A stretch of DNA of 64,000 bases from an uncultured Erysipelotrichaceae bacterium (GCA_964371715.1 CAYJNO010000004.1:27061-91060), one strand, 5' to 3'; positions 8,945 through 18,358 are shown, counted from the first letter of the stretch. The notes: generated by a model not told the origin, from the sequence alone. Program-made: numbers and translations.

Positions 8945-11473
8945 ATGGATAAAACAGTATCATTTAAATGGGAATTAACAAAAAGAGCAATAGAAATAGA
9001 AGTAGATAAAATAGGTGATTCTAATTACTTATTTAATGAACAAATAAATCAAGTTGATAAAATTTGTAAAGAAATAATGAATTCTGGAGACAAGAATATA
9101 AACAAAGTAATTAGTGTAATTGGAGAAAGAGGAGCAGGTAAATCATCTTTACTTTTAAGTGCAAAATCTAAATTAGAAAGTAATGATGTTTATACTATTG
9201 GTCCAATAGACCCAGGTGTGTTTGATGATAAGTTAAATATACTAGAGCTAACATTAGCACACATTCACTCTATAGTTAAACGTAATAAAAATACATTTAG
9301 AGGGGAAAGTGCAGAATGTCAAAAAATTCATCTATATAATAGAATAAAATCAATTCTACAAGTTTTAAATAACATTAGAAGATGTCGTGAAGATTTTATC
9401 GAAAGTAATGATACTGATTATGTGTTAGATGATTATGATAAAAGAAGTAATTTCTCTGAATTATTAAAAGAGTTACTTGATATGTTTAGAGATTATATTA
9501 ATGCTACTAATAACAAACACTATAAACAAATTGCAATTATTATTGATGACTTAGATTTAGTAGGTAATAGTAGAATAGTCAATTTTTTAGAGGATATTAG
9601 AAAATATTTAATGAATAATGTGATTGTTGTTTTAGCTTATAGAGATATACAGCTACAAAATGCAATGAGTGAATATTTAATAAAAGAAAATGATGATCTA
9701 ATTAGAAATAAAATGATTGATACAAATGAGATAATAGCTCAATCTACAAAATATATAGATAAATTCTCACCACCTTCATCAAGAATTTATATGCCAAATC
9801 TTTCAATATCAGATAAATTTACAGTTTTAGATTTATTGGTAGGTATTAGTGATAGTAGTAAGAGTGAGTTAAAAGAATATTTAAAATTATATGGTTTAAA
9901 TGATGATTTACCGCTAAAAGAAGGTGTATTAGTTATCTTAAATAATCAATTGAGAATAAATCTTAATGCGATAGATGCAAGAGAAAGAAATATGAGCTTA
10001 TTACCTACTAATCTTAGAGGATATCTAGAACTTTTTAATTTAATATTTGAAAAAATGGAGGTTGTAAACTGCAAATCAAAAGATGATATTAAAGTGGCAT
10101 CTAAAAGTATTCTATTCAATATAGAGCTATTTAAAATATATATGCAAGAAAACTATAAGAATAGATTAACTAGTGCACAAATAACAATAATAAATGAATG
10201 GTCTAATTGCAATGTGGATATGAAAAATTACTTATTATATAAGAGTATGATTGATTCAAGTGAAAATTACATTGCTAGTCCATATTTTGGACAATTATTA
10301 GACTTGAGATTAGTTCAACCATTTAATGTTACTTTAGCTGATGTTTATATCGCATTAGAGGTATATAAAGACTTATCAAAAGAAGATCAAAATTATTATT
10401 TTATATATATTATAAAAATATTATATTCAATGGAACTCTCAAAAAATTATGTTAATTGGATATGTAGTGATTCTGAAGAGGATGGGGAAGTATTTTTAGA
10501 TTCATACTTAACAATCTTAAACTCTTATGTAATTCCGAATTATTGGATGGATGGGATCATGATCAACATTAGTAGAAATATAAGATATGATAATGGAAAC
10601 AAAAATGAAGTATTTGAAAATTTCTATAAAAATTGTGTATATAACCAAGTAACAGCATTAGGGTTAGTTAACAGAGGTGCAAGGCAAGAATTGACTTACA
10701 GTGTAGCAAAAGCAGATGATGATATCTTTGCTAATAGAAATTCAAGATTGGTAAATCCAAGAAACTCGAAAAGGATTTCTGCATTTAGATATCGCAAAAT
10801 ATTTTCATCAGATTATATTGAGTTTGAAAATGGTAGAAGTTATGAATATGACTTCTTTGGATTTATTGGAAGAAGAAGCTATTTAGAAGAGTCAAAGGCT
10901 AAATTATTATCTAATCAAGAAATGAAACTAAATTATGTTTTAACATCGTTATTTGATATAGACGTATTTATATCACAAAACTATTTCACTAATGACGAAA
11001 CGAATATAATTAACATAATCATAAAAAATATTGACAAATTATTTAATGGAGAAAGACTTGGTGATGAAGAAAATTCGAAAGCAAAAGATAGAAGGTTAGG
11101 TAATTTATCAAGTGAGATATTTACTAGTAGTATAAATTATGAAAATTTTTATTTAAATATAAGCTCAAATAATGAAACAACAGACAATAATAAGTATAGA
11201 GAAATATCGGATAGTCTGTATAATTTTATTAAACAAGAAAATATACAGCTAAAGAGGATTGTAAACAATATTGATAAAATTAAAAATAAACATGATTTAT
11301 TATCGTTTATTAAGCTAGAAACTCAAAAATTGAACAGTAAAAAATACAGAAATCAAATTTTAATATTAGATGAAATCAACGCTGTTTTAAATGCATCAGG
11401 AAAAAAACTATCAATTGAAATAAAGGAAAAATATAAATCTGTATTTAAAGAAATTTATAAAATTGATAACTAA
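8945..11473 (+). CDS. rdrA: Large P-loop NTPase (KAP/AAA-like), RADAR RdrA-like by size and gene context
   Basis: RBS GGGAGG. 842 aa. Walker A is VIGERGAGKSSLL (nt ~9121-9148) and Walker B is IAIIIDDLDLV (nt ~9531-9560). A long alpha-rich C-terminal region follows and there are no TM segments. The stop lies 1 nt before the ATG of the deaminase gene. The symbol is assigned from architecture, not from measured identity. Confidence 0.55.
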   Translation: MDKTVSFKWELTKRAIEIEVDKIGDSNYLFNEQINQVDKICKEIMNSGDKNINKVISVIGERGAGKSSLLLSAKSKLESNDVYTIGPIDPGVFDDKLNILELTLAHIHSIVKRNKNTFRGESAECQKIHLYNRIKSILQVLNNIRRCREDFIESNDTDYVLDDYDKRSNFSELLKELLDMFRDYINATNNKHYKQIAIIIDDLDLVGNSRIVNFLEDIRKYLMNNVIVVLAYRDIQLQNAMSEYLIKENDDLIRNKMIDTNEIIAQSTKYIDKFSPPSSRIYMPNLSISDKFTVLDLLVGISDSSKSELKEYLKLYGLNDDLPLKEGVLVILNNQLRINLNAIDARERNMSLLPTNLRGYLELFNLIFEKMEVVNCKSKDDIKVASKSILFNIELFKIYMQENYKNRLTSAQITIINEWSNCNVDMKNYLLYKSMIDSSENYIASPYFGQLLDLRLVQPFNVTLADVYIALEVYKDLSKEDQNYYFIYIIKILYSMELSKNYVNWICSDSEEDGEVFLDSYLTILNSYVIPNYWMDGIMINISRNIRYDNGNKNEVFENFYKNCVYNQVTALGLVNRGARQELTYSVAKADDDIFANRNSRLVNPRNSKRISAFRYRKIFSSDYIEFENGRSYEYDFFGFIGRRSYLEESKAKLLSNQEMKLNYVLTSLFDIDVFISQNYFTNDETNIINIIIKNIDKLFNGERLGDEENSKAKDRRLGNLSSEIFTSSINYENFYLNISSNNETTDNNKYREISDSLYNFIKQENIQLKRIVNNIDKIKNKHDLLSFIKLETQKLNSKKYRNQILILDEINAVLNASGKKLSIEIKEKYKSVFKEIYKIDN

Positions 11474-11474
11474 T

Positions 11475-13859
11475 ATGCAAAATGTTGATAGAATAATAAG
11501 AGTTATATATCGAGAATTATTTAGTAAAATTCTCGATAGTAACACAATAGAAAAGGATTTAAAAGTAGATTATAGTTTAAATAATACTGATTTTGTTAGG
11601 GATATTATTTATGCATATTTAAAAATATATCCAAATAACTATAATTATGAAGAAGTAAATATATTAGTTGAAAAAGTTAAAGATGAAATTAAGCATAAGT
11701 ATAATAATTTGAATCCACTATATATAATTATGCTTTATGCTAATGAAATATTACTAGTTGAATCAAATAGGCTCAAAGTTAAATTTGATGATTTATTTGA
11801 ATGGAATGGATTTATCACTAAAATAGATAGTAATATTTTTCAAGCTGCATTTTTACAAAATAGTAATGGTTTAAACTGTGAAACAGTTATAGAACATGAC
11901 AATGAAAGATTATATAATATTCTTAAAACTGGCTTATATGAAAACCATATGCATTTAAATGGTTCTGGATATTCATGGGAAATTAACTGGGATATACTAG
12001 TTTGTTCAAAGCCTTTTAATTATATAAAAAGGAAAATTAGTAAAAATATAAAATTAGCTAAATACGCTAATGAAAATTATTTAAGGATTGATAAAATCAA
12101 ATGTATAAGGTTATATCTAATATGGATAATATTAGGTAAAAAGAAAGAATACCATTTTGAAATTAGTAGAATATTAAAGAATAATTATAGATTTTACATG
12201 TATCAGGACTTAGATAAGCTTACAATATTATATGATTTATCGAAAGAATACTTTAAAAAACAATATGGAGATAGTCAAGAAGTTAATAAAAAAGAGAGAA
12301 ACTTTTTAATAGAAATATTTAAATGTTTTAATAATGGTCAATTAAATAATTTCGACAAAAATCTATTAAACATATATCTAGCAGAATTAAGTGAGTTAAA
12401 GTTCATTTTTGTTCAAGATAATATTGGTATGGGATTTAGTAAGTTTAAAGATTGTGAAATGATTAAAAGTGATTTCATGGATAAAAAAGAAGATAAGCTT
12501 TTATTAGAATCTGTATTAGAAAAATATTATAGTGAAGGTGTTGTTTTAGCTATAGAAGTAAGAATAGCTCCAAAAGATAAAACAGGACTAATTAAAAAAA
12601 TAAAGGAACTAGAAAAAGTAAATGAGAAAGTTTACAAAAAGTATTTAAGAAGAAATAAGTGTTTAAAGAAAATCAAAATTGGAATTATAATACATTATAT
12701 AAAGATGAGTGAAAAATTTACAAATAATGGTTGTAGACATTCAAATTTAAGGGGTAGAATTAAAAAAGCTGCAGTAGGTCTTGATCAGTATTTTGAAAGT
12801 GGATATAAATCTGATATTAAAGTTGTCGGTATAGATGCTGCAAATGTTGAAATAGATTGTCCACCTGAAGTATTAGCACCTATATTTAGGAAACATAGAG
12901 CAAATACTTCCAGTAAATATGATTTAGGTTTTACATATCATGTAGGTGAAGAATTTTTAACTTTAGCAAGTGGGTTAAGAGCAATAGATGATTTAATTGA
13001 ATTTTTTAATTTCAAATCTGGTGATAGGTTAGGGCATGCTTTAAGCCTTGGGTTAGATCCTGATAAATACTTTTCTACTAAAAGAAATCTAATTAATACA
13101 ACATTAGAAAGCCATGTAGATGATCTTGTGTTTTTACATAAAATAAATTGTGCTTTAGGTGAAGCAAATTTATGTTTCAAATTAGAACAAGAATTTATTA
13201 AATATGCTTCAAAATTATTTGTAAATACTTTAGAAAGTCTTCCATTAATTACAGATTATAGAGATAGCTATGCGCTAAGAGGAAATGATCCAAAGTATTT
13301 AGATAATAACATATGTTCTGAAAATCAACCTGTATTTATGTGTGAGAAAGACCATATCTATAATTTCAACAATTCTAATCATAATGAAGCTTTTAAAAAT
13401 AAGCTTGCCCATAAATTATTGGGATTATATCATTATAATGAAGACTTATATAATACAGGTAAAACTTCTCTTTCTATAAATGTTGAAGATTTCTATATTA
13501 ATGCAGTTAAAAATGTTCAAAAATATATGATTAAAAGAGTACATAACATTGGTATCTCAATAGAAATCAATCCATCATCAAATAAGAAAATATCATTTAT
13601 TGACAAGTATAGTGATTTAACAGTATACAAACTTAATAATTATAAACTACCTAATGCAGATAATACAATTAATAACTTACATGTAAGTATTAATACAGAT
13701 GATAGTGGAATTTTTGAAACTAACTTATCTACTGAATATTCATACATTGCTCTATCTTTGATAAAAGATGGTGTTGATAAAGAAATAGTTTATGAATATA
13801 TAGAATATTTAATTAAGATGGGAAAAGATGCTTCATTTTTAAATAAGACTATAAGGTGA
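11475..13859 (+). CDS. rdrB: Divergent adenosine deaminase-fold protein with large insertions, RADAR RdrB-like
   Basis: The preferred start is ATG 11475; the track start 11463 is a TTG overlapping the upstream gene. All four metal/catalytic signatures of the adenosine/AMP deaminase superfamily occur in the correct order. They are ENHMHLNGS (HxH, nt ~11944-11966), TYHVGEEF (HxGE, nt ~12939-12956), DRLGHAL (nt ~13025-13042) and SINTDDSGIF (NTDD, nt ~13690-13710). At ~795 aa it is about twice the size of housekeeping Add. Confidence 0.65.
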   Translation: MQNVDRIIRVIYRELFSKILDSNTIEKDLKVDYSLNNTDFVRDIIYAYLKIYPNNYNYEEVNILVEKVKDEIKHKYNNLNPLYIIMLYANEILLVESNRLKVKFDDLFEWNGFITKIDSNIFQAAFLQNSNGLNCETVIEHDNERLYNILKTGLYENHMHLNGSGYSWEINWDILVCSKPFNYIKRKISKNIKLAKYANENYLRIDKIKCIRLYLIWIILGKKKEYHFEISRILKNNYRFYMYQDLDKLTILYDLSKEYFKKQYGDSQEVNKKERNFLIEIFKCFNNGQLNNFDKNLLNIYLAELSELKFIFVQDNIGMGFSKFKDCEMIKSDFMDKKEDKLLLESVLEKYYSEGVVLAIEVRIAPKDKTGLIKKIKELEKVNEKVYKKYLRRNKCLKKIKIGIIIHYIKMSEKFTNNGCRHSNLRGRIKKAAVGLDQYFESGYKSDIKVVGIDAANVEIDCPPEVLAPIFRKHRANTSSKYDLGFTYHVGEEFLTLASGLRAIDDLIEFFNFKSGDRLGHALSLGLDPDKYFSTKRNLINTTLESHVDDLVFLHKINCALGEANLCFKLEQEFIKYASKLFVNTLESLPLITDYRDSYALRGNDPKYLDNNICSENQPVFMCEKDHIYNFNNSNHNEAFKNKLAHKLLGLYHYNEDLYNTGKTSLSINVEDFYINAVKNVQKYMIKRVHNIGISIEINPSSNKKISFIDKYSDLTVYKLNNYKLPNADNTINNLHVSINTDDSGIFETNLSTEYSYIALSLIKDGVDKEIVYEYIEYLIKMGKDASFLNKTIR

Positions 13860-13950
13860 TTAGCGAGAATAAAAAATAATTTTATGAATATGATATAATA
13901 ATATAGTGAAATAAGTAATGTATGTAATTAAGGTTAAAAGGAGATCATAT

Positions 13951-15135
13951 ATGAGCGAATCAAATTCTTCACATGTAAAGGGTCTACATAATTTTTTAGC
14001 TAATATCGATTGTTTAAATAAAATATATGAACATACAAATAGATTTAACATATTTGATGTGCTAAAAATAGCAAAGACTGAAATCAGACATAGTAATACT
14101 ATTGCATGGTTGTTAGACCCAAATGAAAATCATGGATTAAATGAAAAGATTTTATTAGGTCTAGTTAAAAATATTGCTAGTCACTTAGATGTTGAATCAA
14201 GTATTAAGTTATTATCTATAGATTTAAATGATTTTAAGGTATATAGAGAAAAGTATAATATAGATATTTTGCTAGTTTCAACAAAGAATAAAGTTGTTAT
14301 ATGCATTGAAAATAAAGTTTGTTCATATGAACATGGTGATCAATTAAACTATTACAAAGGGATTGTTGAAAATAGTTATAAAGACTTTAATAAATACTAC
14401 ATTTACTTAACAGCAAGAAATGATGAACCAAGTGATGGTGAAAATTGGAAAAAATTTTCTTATGAAAAACTGGTTAATATAATTGATGAAGCAATAAAAG
14501 ATAATGAAATAATATCAGTTGAAGTTTATTATTTTTTAAAAAATTACATAGAAATAGTGAGGTATAATGTTTTGGAAAATAAAGAATTAATAGATATTTG
14601 TCAAAAGATTTATAATGATCATTCAAAAGCTTTGGATTTAATTTATGAATATAAGCCAGATCATAGAGAAGAATATAAAACATTTATTTTAGATTATTTG
14701 AAAAGATGTGATTTATTTAATAGTCGTTTTAACTTAAATGAAGGTTGTTCTAATAATGAGCATATTAGATTTACATCATATATACTTGATGAGAAAATTC
14801 CTCAATCATCAACAAAAACAAGTGGGTGGGATACGAAAAATCATTATTTTTATGAAATATATAATGATGGTTTTTCAATATATTTACAACTTGCGATCAG
14901 CAAAGGTAGCTTAAGTACGGATGAAGCAAATAATAAGTTTGAAAAAATAATTAAAAAATTAAAATGTAAAAATAATAAAGTTAATTGGAAATGGAAAGTT
15001 TTAATAAAATATGATGTTTGTGATTATAGGGGATATGAAGATGTTGCAGATGCTAAAAAAGATATTAAATTGGAATTAGATAAAAATTTGAAAAAAATAA
15101 TTGAACTTGAAAATAATAACTTTAAAACTTTATAG
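13951..15135 (+). CDS. PD-(D/E)xK nuclease superfamily protein (PDDEXK_4-like)
   Basis: The preferred start is ATG 13951 (MSESNSS), 7 nt after AAAGGAG; the track start is 13918. N-terminal signature: FNIFDVLKIAKTEIRHSNTIAWLLDPNENHGL. Nuclease core: DILLVSTKNKVVICIENKV (D...E.K). A possible own promoter TGATATAAT lies at 13891-13899. Confidence 0.6.
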   Translation: MSESNSSHVKGLHNFLANIDCLNKIYEHTNRFNIFDVLKIAKTEIRHSNTIAWLLDPNENHGLNEKILLGLVKNIASHLDVESSIKLLSIDLNDFKVYREKYNIDILLVSTKNKVVICIENKVCSYEHGDQLNYYKGIVENSYKDFNKYYIYLTARNDEPSDGENWKKFSYEKLVNIIDEAIKDNEIISVEVYYFLKNYIEIVRYNVLENKELIDICQKIYNDHSKALDLIYEYKPDHREEYKTFILDYLKRCDLFNSRFNLNEGCSNNEHIRFTSYILDEKIPQSSTKTSGWDTKNHYFYEIYNDGFSIYLQLAISKGSLSTDEANNKFEKIIKKLKCKNNKVNWKWKVLIKYDVCDYRGYEDVADAKKDIKLELDKNLKKIIELENNNFKTL

Positions 15136-15164
15136 TAGTTGAAAGAAAAAAATATGTATTAAAG

Positions 15165-15198
15165 AGAGGATAATCTAAAATCATTATCTTCTTTTTTT
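15165..15198 (+). terminator. Rho-independent terminator after the PD-(D/E)xK gene
   Basis: A 10-bp stem AGAGGATAAT / ATTATCTTCT (one G:U pair) with an 8-nt loop, followed by a T7 run. Confidence 0.6.
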
Positions 15199-15430
15199 AC
15201 TATGAATTATTTGCTTATTAATAAGTACCTATTAATATAAAATAGTACTTTTTTATCGAAAACTGCTACAGATAAAATATAAATAGACAAAATTTAATCA
15301 ACAGCTAAAATATTTACTAAGTCAGGTAGAATAAAATTTGTGTTTTAATATAAATTACATAAACGAACGGGTGAATGATAAAAAAATAAAAGCAATATCA
15401 TTTTGTACACAAAAACATATATCATCAAAA

Positions 15431-15473
15431 GTTATGTCTGATCTATTGACATAACTTTTATTATTAGTATAAT
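15431..15473 (+). promoter_or_regulatory. Near-consensus sigma-A promoter with a perfect 8-bp inverted repeat over the -35 (candidate operator)
   Basis: TTGACA (15446-15451), 16 nt, then TATAAT (15468-15473). The inverted repeat GTTATGTC-N9-GACATAAC (15431-15455) overlaps the -35. The site is ~50 nt upstream of ATG 15523. Confidence 0.55.
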
Positions 15474-15522
15474 AACACTCATAAATGAACATAAAAACAT
15501 ATATCAAATAAAGGGGGGTTGA

Positions 15523-16098
15523 ATGCACACAAATATTAAAGGAATAGGTAATTTAATTGGTGGTCAGATTATTAATAGAGTTGAGGCTAAACGTGATGAT
15601 TTTGAATTTGGTGAAATTAAAATACTAGCTCCCAAAGCTATTACAAATGGTGTAATTGATCACAGTTCACTAACAAGTCTAAAAATTAAAACAATGCCAG
15701 ATGAAAAGAAATTAACTAAAGAAGGTGACATTGTCTTAAAGTTATCTCAACCATATGAGGCAGCATATATTAATAAAGATGATGAAGGTTTATTAGTTAC
15801 ATCATTTTGTATTATTTTAAGGAATATTCAAAAAGATGAAATTAGTCCAAACTTTATACTTACATTTATTAACTCTGAATTATATAAAGAACAAGTATTA
15901 GAGTTAACATCAGGTGCAAGTGTTCCTTTATTAACTAAAGGCTTAATAGAAAAGATAACACTAGATGTACCTACTATTATTGCTCAATCTATTATAGTAG
16001 GTAAATCTGACTCTATTAAAAGAAAAGAAGCTTTGTTTAATGAAGTAATTAAGTTAGAAAAAATGAAACTTGAAAATATGCTTAGAGGTGAAGAATAA
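15523..16098 (+). CDS. Half-size HsdS-like specificity protein (single target-recognition domain)
   Basis: RBS GGGGGG. 191 aa. One TRD is followed by the S-subunit conserved helix region LDVPTIIAQSIIVGKSDSIKRKEALFNEVIKLEKMKLENML. Its stop overlaps the next ATG (TAATG). Confidence 0.7.
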   Translation: MHTNIKGIGNLIGGQIINRVEAKRDDFEFGEIKILAPKAITNGVIDHSSLTSLKIKTMPDEKKLTKEGDIVLKLSQPYEAAYINKDDEGLLVTSFCIILRNIQKDEISPNFILTFINSELYKEQVLELTSGASVPLLTKGLIEKITLDVPTIIAQSIIVGKSDSIKRKEALFNEVIKLEKMKLENMLRGEE

Positions 16099-17423
16099 TG
16101 AACACTAAATTTGATGAAGTACTATGGAAATGTATGGATGCATTAAGAGGTAATTTTGCATATGAAGATTGTAATAGAATCTTAATCTATATTATATTTT
16201 TAAAATATATTATAGATAATAAAAAGATTGATTTAAATAATGAATCCTTTGAAACATTCTTAAATGCTCAAAGAATGTTTGATAAAGGATTATTAGAAAA
16301 AGATATTATAAATGATTTAAATTATATGATAGAAAATCAATATAATATGGCAAATGGTGCTTTAAGTGATTTCTCTAATACTTACTTTAAAGTTCTAGAT
16401 TTTAATAATAAAGTTAATATCATTGAAAAATTAAAAGTTGAATCATTTGTTAATGAAAGTGATGCTGTTATGGATTCATTAAAAATGATTTTATTAGAAC
16501 ATGCATCAAGCTTTTCAAGAATAGTAGGTGATGAAATATCAAGTAATTCAATATCATTATTAACTAAAGAATTATTAGGTTTAAAAGATCATGAAAGCTT
16601 AATAGATTTAACTTATGGTTTAGGATTATCATCATTAGAAATAACTAATGATAGTAATGAACTTATAGGTTATGAAATAGATAGATCTATTGCCACAATG
16701 GGTATCATGTTATTAATTATTTCAGAAAAGTCTAATTTTAAACTATACAATGAAGATGCTACAAATAGTGATGAATATGAAAACTACTTTGATAAAGTAG
16801 TAGCATATCCACCACTTGGTATTAAAGTAAAAGATTTTGATTTAAATAAATCTAACTTGTTAAAAGAATTTAATTTGCCTGAAAAAAATTGTAATCTAGA
16901 AGTCTTTATTGCACTTAGTGCAATAAAGAAACTTAAAGAAACGGGTATTGCAATAATTGCTATATCATCTAATATCTTATTTTCATCAACAGTAGTTGAA
17001 AAAAGTTTTAGAGAATTAATAGTAAATAATTATTTAAGTAGTGTTATTACATTACCACCATTATATTATGGTACTAATGCAGATATTAACTTAATTATCT
17101 TAGAGAAAAATCGTATTAGTGATAACGTTACCTTTATAGATGCAAGTAATAATGAACATTATGATTTTATCGTTAAAGATAAAAAATCACAAAATGAATT
17201 ATCAAATGATGCTATAAGTAAAATTGTAAGTATAGTTAATGAAAAACAAACCTTTAAAGGTATTTCTTATACTTGTAGTGTTAGTGATTTAAAACGAAAT
17301 GATTACACTTTATCACCATCAAAATACACAAAAATGAAGAAACAAAGAGAAGTATTATCTAATGAAGAAATTGATAGTAGATTAAGTGAATTATATGAAG
17401 AAATAAAAAGAATATTAAAATAA
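16098..17423 (+). CDS. HsdM-like gamma-class methyltransferase homologue with non-canonical motifs I and IV
   Basis: The HsdM_N-like N-terminus is LWKCMDALRGNFAYEDCNRILIYIIFLKYIID. Motif I reads IDLTYGLGLSS instead of DPxCGSGG. The motif II acidic residue is kept (GYEID). Motif IV reads VVAYPPLG (nt 16801-16820) instead of NPPF/Y. The C-terminal DLKRNDYTLSPSKY is typical of HsdM. Confidence 0.65.
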   Translation: MNTKFDEVLWKCMDALRGNFAYEDCNRILIYIIFLKYIIDNKKIDLNNESFETFLNAQRMFDKGLLEKDIINDLNYMIENQYNMANGALSDFSNTYFKVLDFNNKVNIIEKLKVESFVNESDAVMDSLKMILLEHASSFSRIVGDEISSNSISLLTKELLGLKDHESLIDLTYGLGLSSLEITNDSNELIGYEIDRSIATMGIMLLIISEKSNFKLYNEDATNSDEYENYFDKVVAYPPLGIKVKDFDLNKSNLLKEFNLPEKNCNLEVFIALSAIKKLKETGIAIIAISSNILFSSTVVEKSFRELIVNNYLSSVITLPPLYYGTNADINLIILEKNRISDNVTFIDASNNEHYDFIVKDKKSQNELSNDAISKIVSIVNEKQTFKGISYTCSVSDLKRNDYTLSPSKYTKMKKQREVLSNEEIDSRLSELYEEIKRILK

Positions 17424-17437
17424 AAAGGAGGAAATAA

Positions 17438-18142
17438 ATGAATTATTTTATAAAAGAAAACAAATGGTTAACGCTTATCTCATTGCCACTTATTATATGG
17501 AGTGTCTTATTTATCACAATGCCATTTATTACTTACTATAATATCAATTTATTTAGTAGTAGCTATATGATGCTATATGCAGTATATTTAGGATCTTATA
17601 TTATTGTGGTAGGTATTACATTAAATAACAAAAAAGCAATGAAAATTAAACAAGCAGAAAAAGAAAGACTACTTATTGTCGAATCATTAGCTAAAATTAA
17701 GATAAATGAACCGAAAAATATCTTGACTACATTTACATCAATGAATGCAGCTAATAATATTAATAATAATGATATAGTTATCATTAAAGAGCGTTTATCT
17801 AATCTAATTTATAGCATAAATAATAATAAACTTATATTAAGTACATCAAATGATAAAAGACTAAATCATTATATTGACCAGTTTAACAAGACTACAAACA
17901 CCATTGAAGAAACAATAGCTAAATTAGAATTATTTATCAATAATTCTATAGAAAATAATAAGACAATTTTTGAACTTGAAAAAGCTAAACAATTATTCAA
18001 TGAGTCACCAAGTTTTACAAGATCTTTAAAGGTACAAAAATTTAAACATGAAATGATAGATCTTACACAAGATTTTGAAGAATTAACTTTATTAACTGAA
18101 GAATGTTCTAAAGTAAATTATAAGATTAATATTGATAATTAA
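17438..18142 (+). CDS. Two-TM membrane protein with a cytoplasmic coiled-coil-like domain, function unknown
   Basis: RBS AGGAGG; the start is 14 nt after the M-like stop. Two hydrophobic helices are present: LTLISLPLIIWSVLFITMPF and MMLYAVYLGSYIIVVGITL. A ~170-aa charged and Asn-rich helical region follows. Confidence 0.6.
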   Translation: MNYFIKENKWLTLISLPLIIWSVLFITMPFITYYNINLFSSSYMMLYAVYLGSYIIVVGITLNNKKAMKIKQAEKERLLIVESLAKIKINEPKNILTTFTSMNAANNINNNDIVIIKERLSNLIYSINNNKLILSTSNDKRLNHYIDQFNKTTNTIEETIAKLELFINNSIENNKTIFELEKAKQLFNESPSFTRSLKVQKFKHEMIDLTQDFEELTLLTEECSKVNYKINIDN

Positions 18143-18358
18143 TGATAAGTAAAACCTTCACTTTATGTTCACTTATCTCATATTGAAAATGTAATATAAG
18201 CTATGCTATACTGTGTAAGTTGATTATTTACAACAGATTAAAAGAAGTTTTTAAGATATAGTTATATAATACTTTGCTCATGTTGTGATCATGTTTTATT
18301 AATGATATACAACGATTTGTAAAGTACTATTTTTGTAAGTAATCTATTGGAGGTTATT

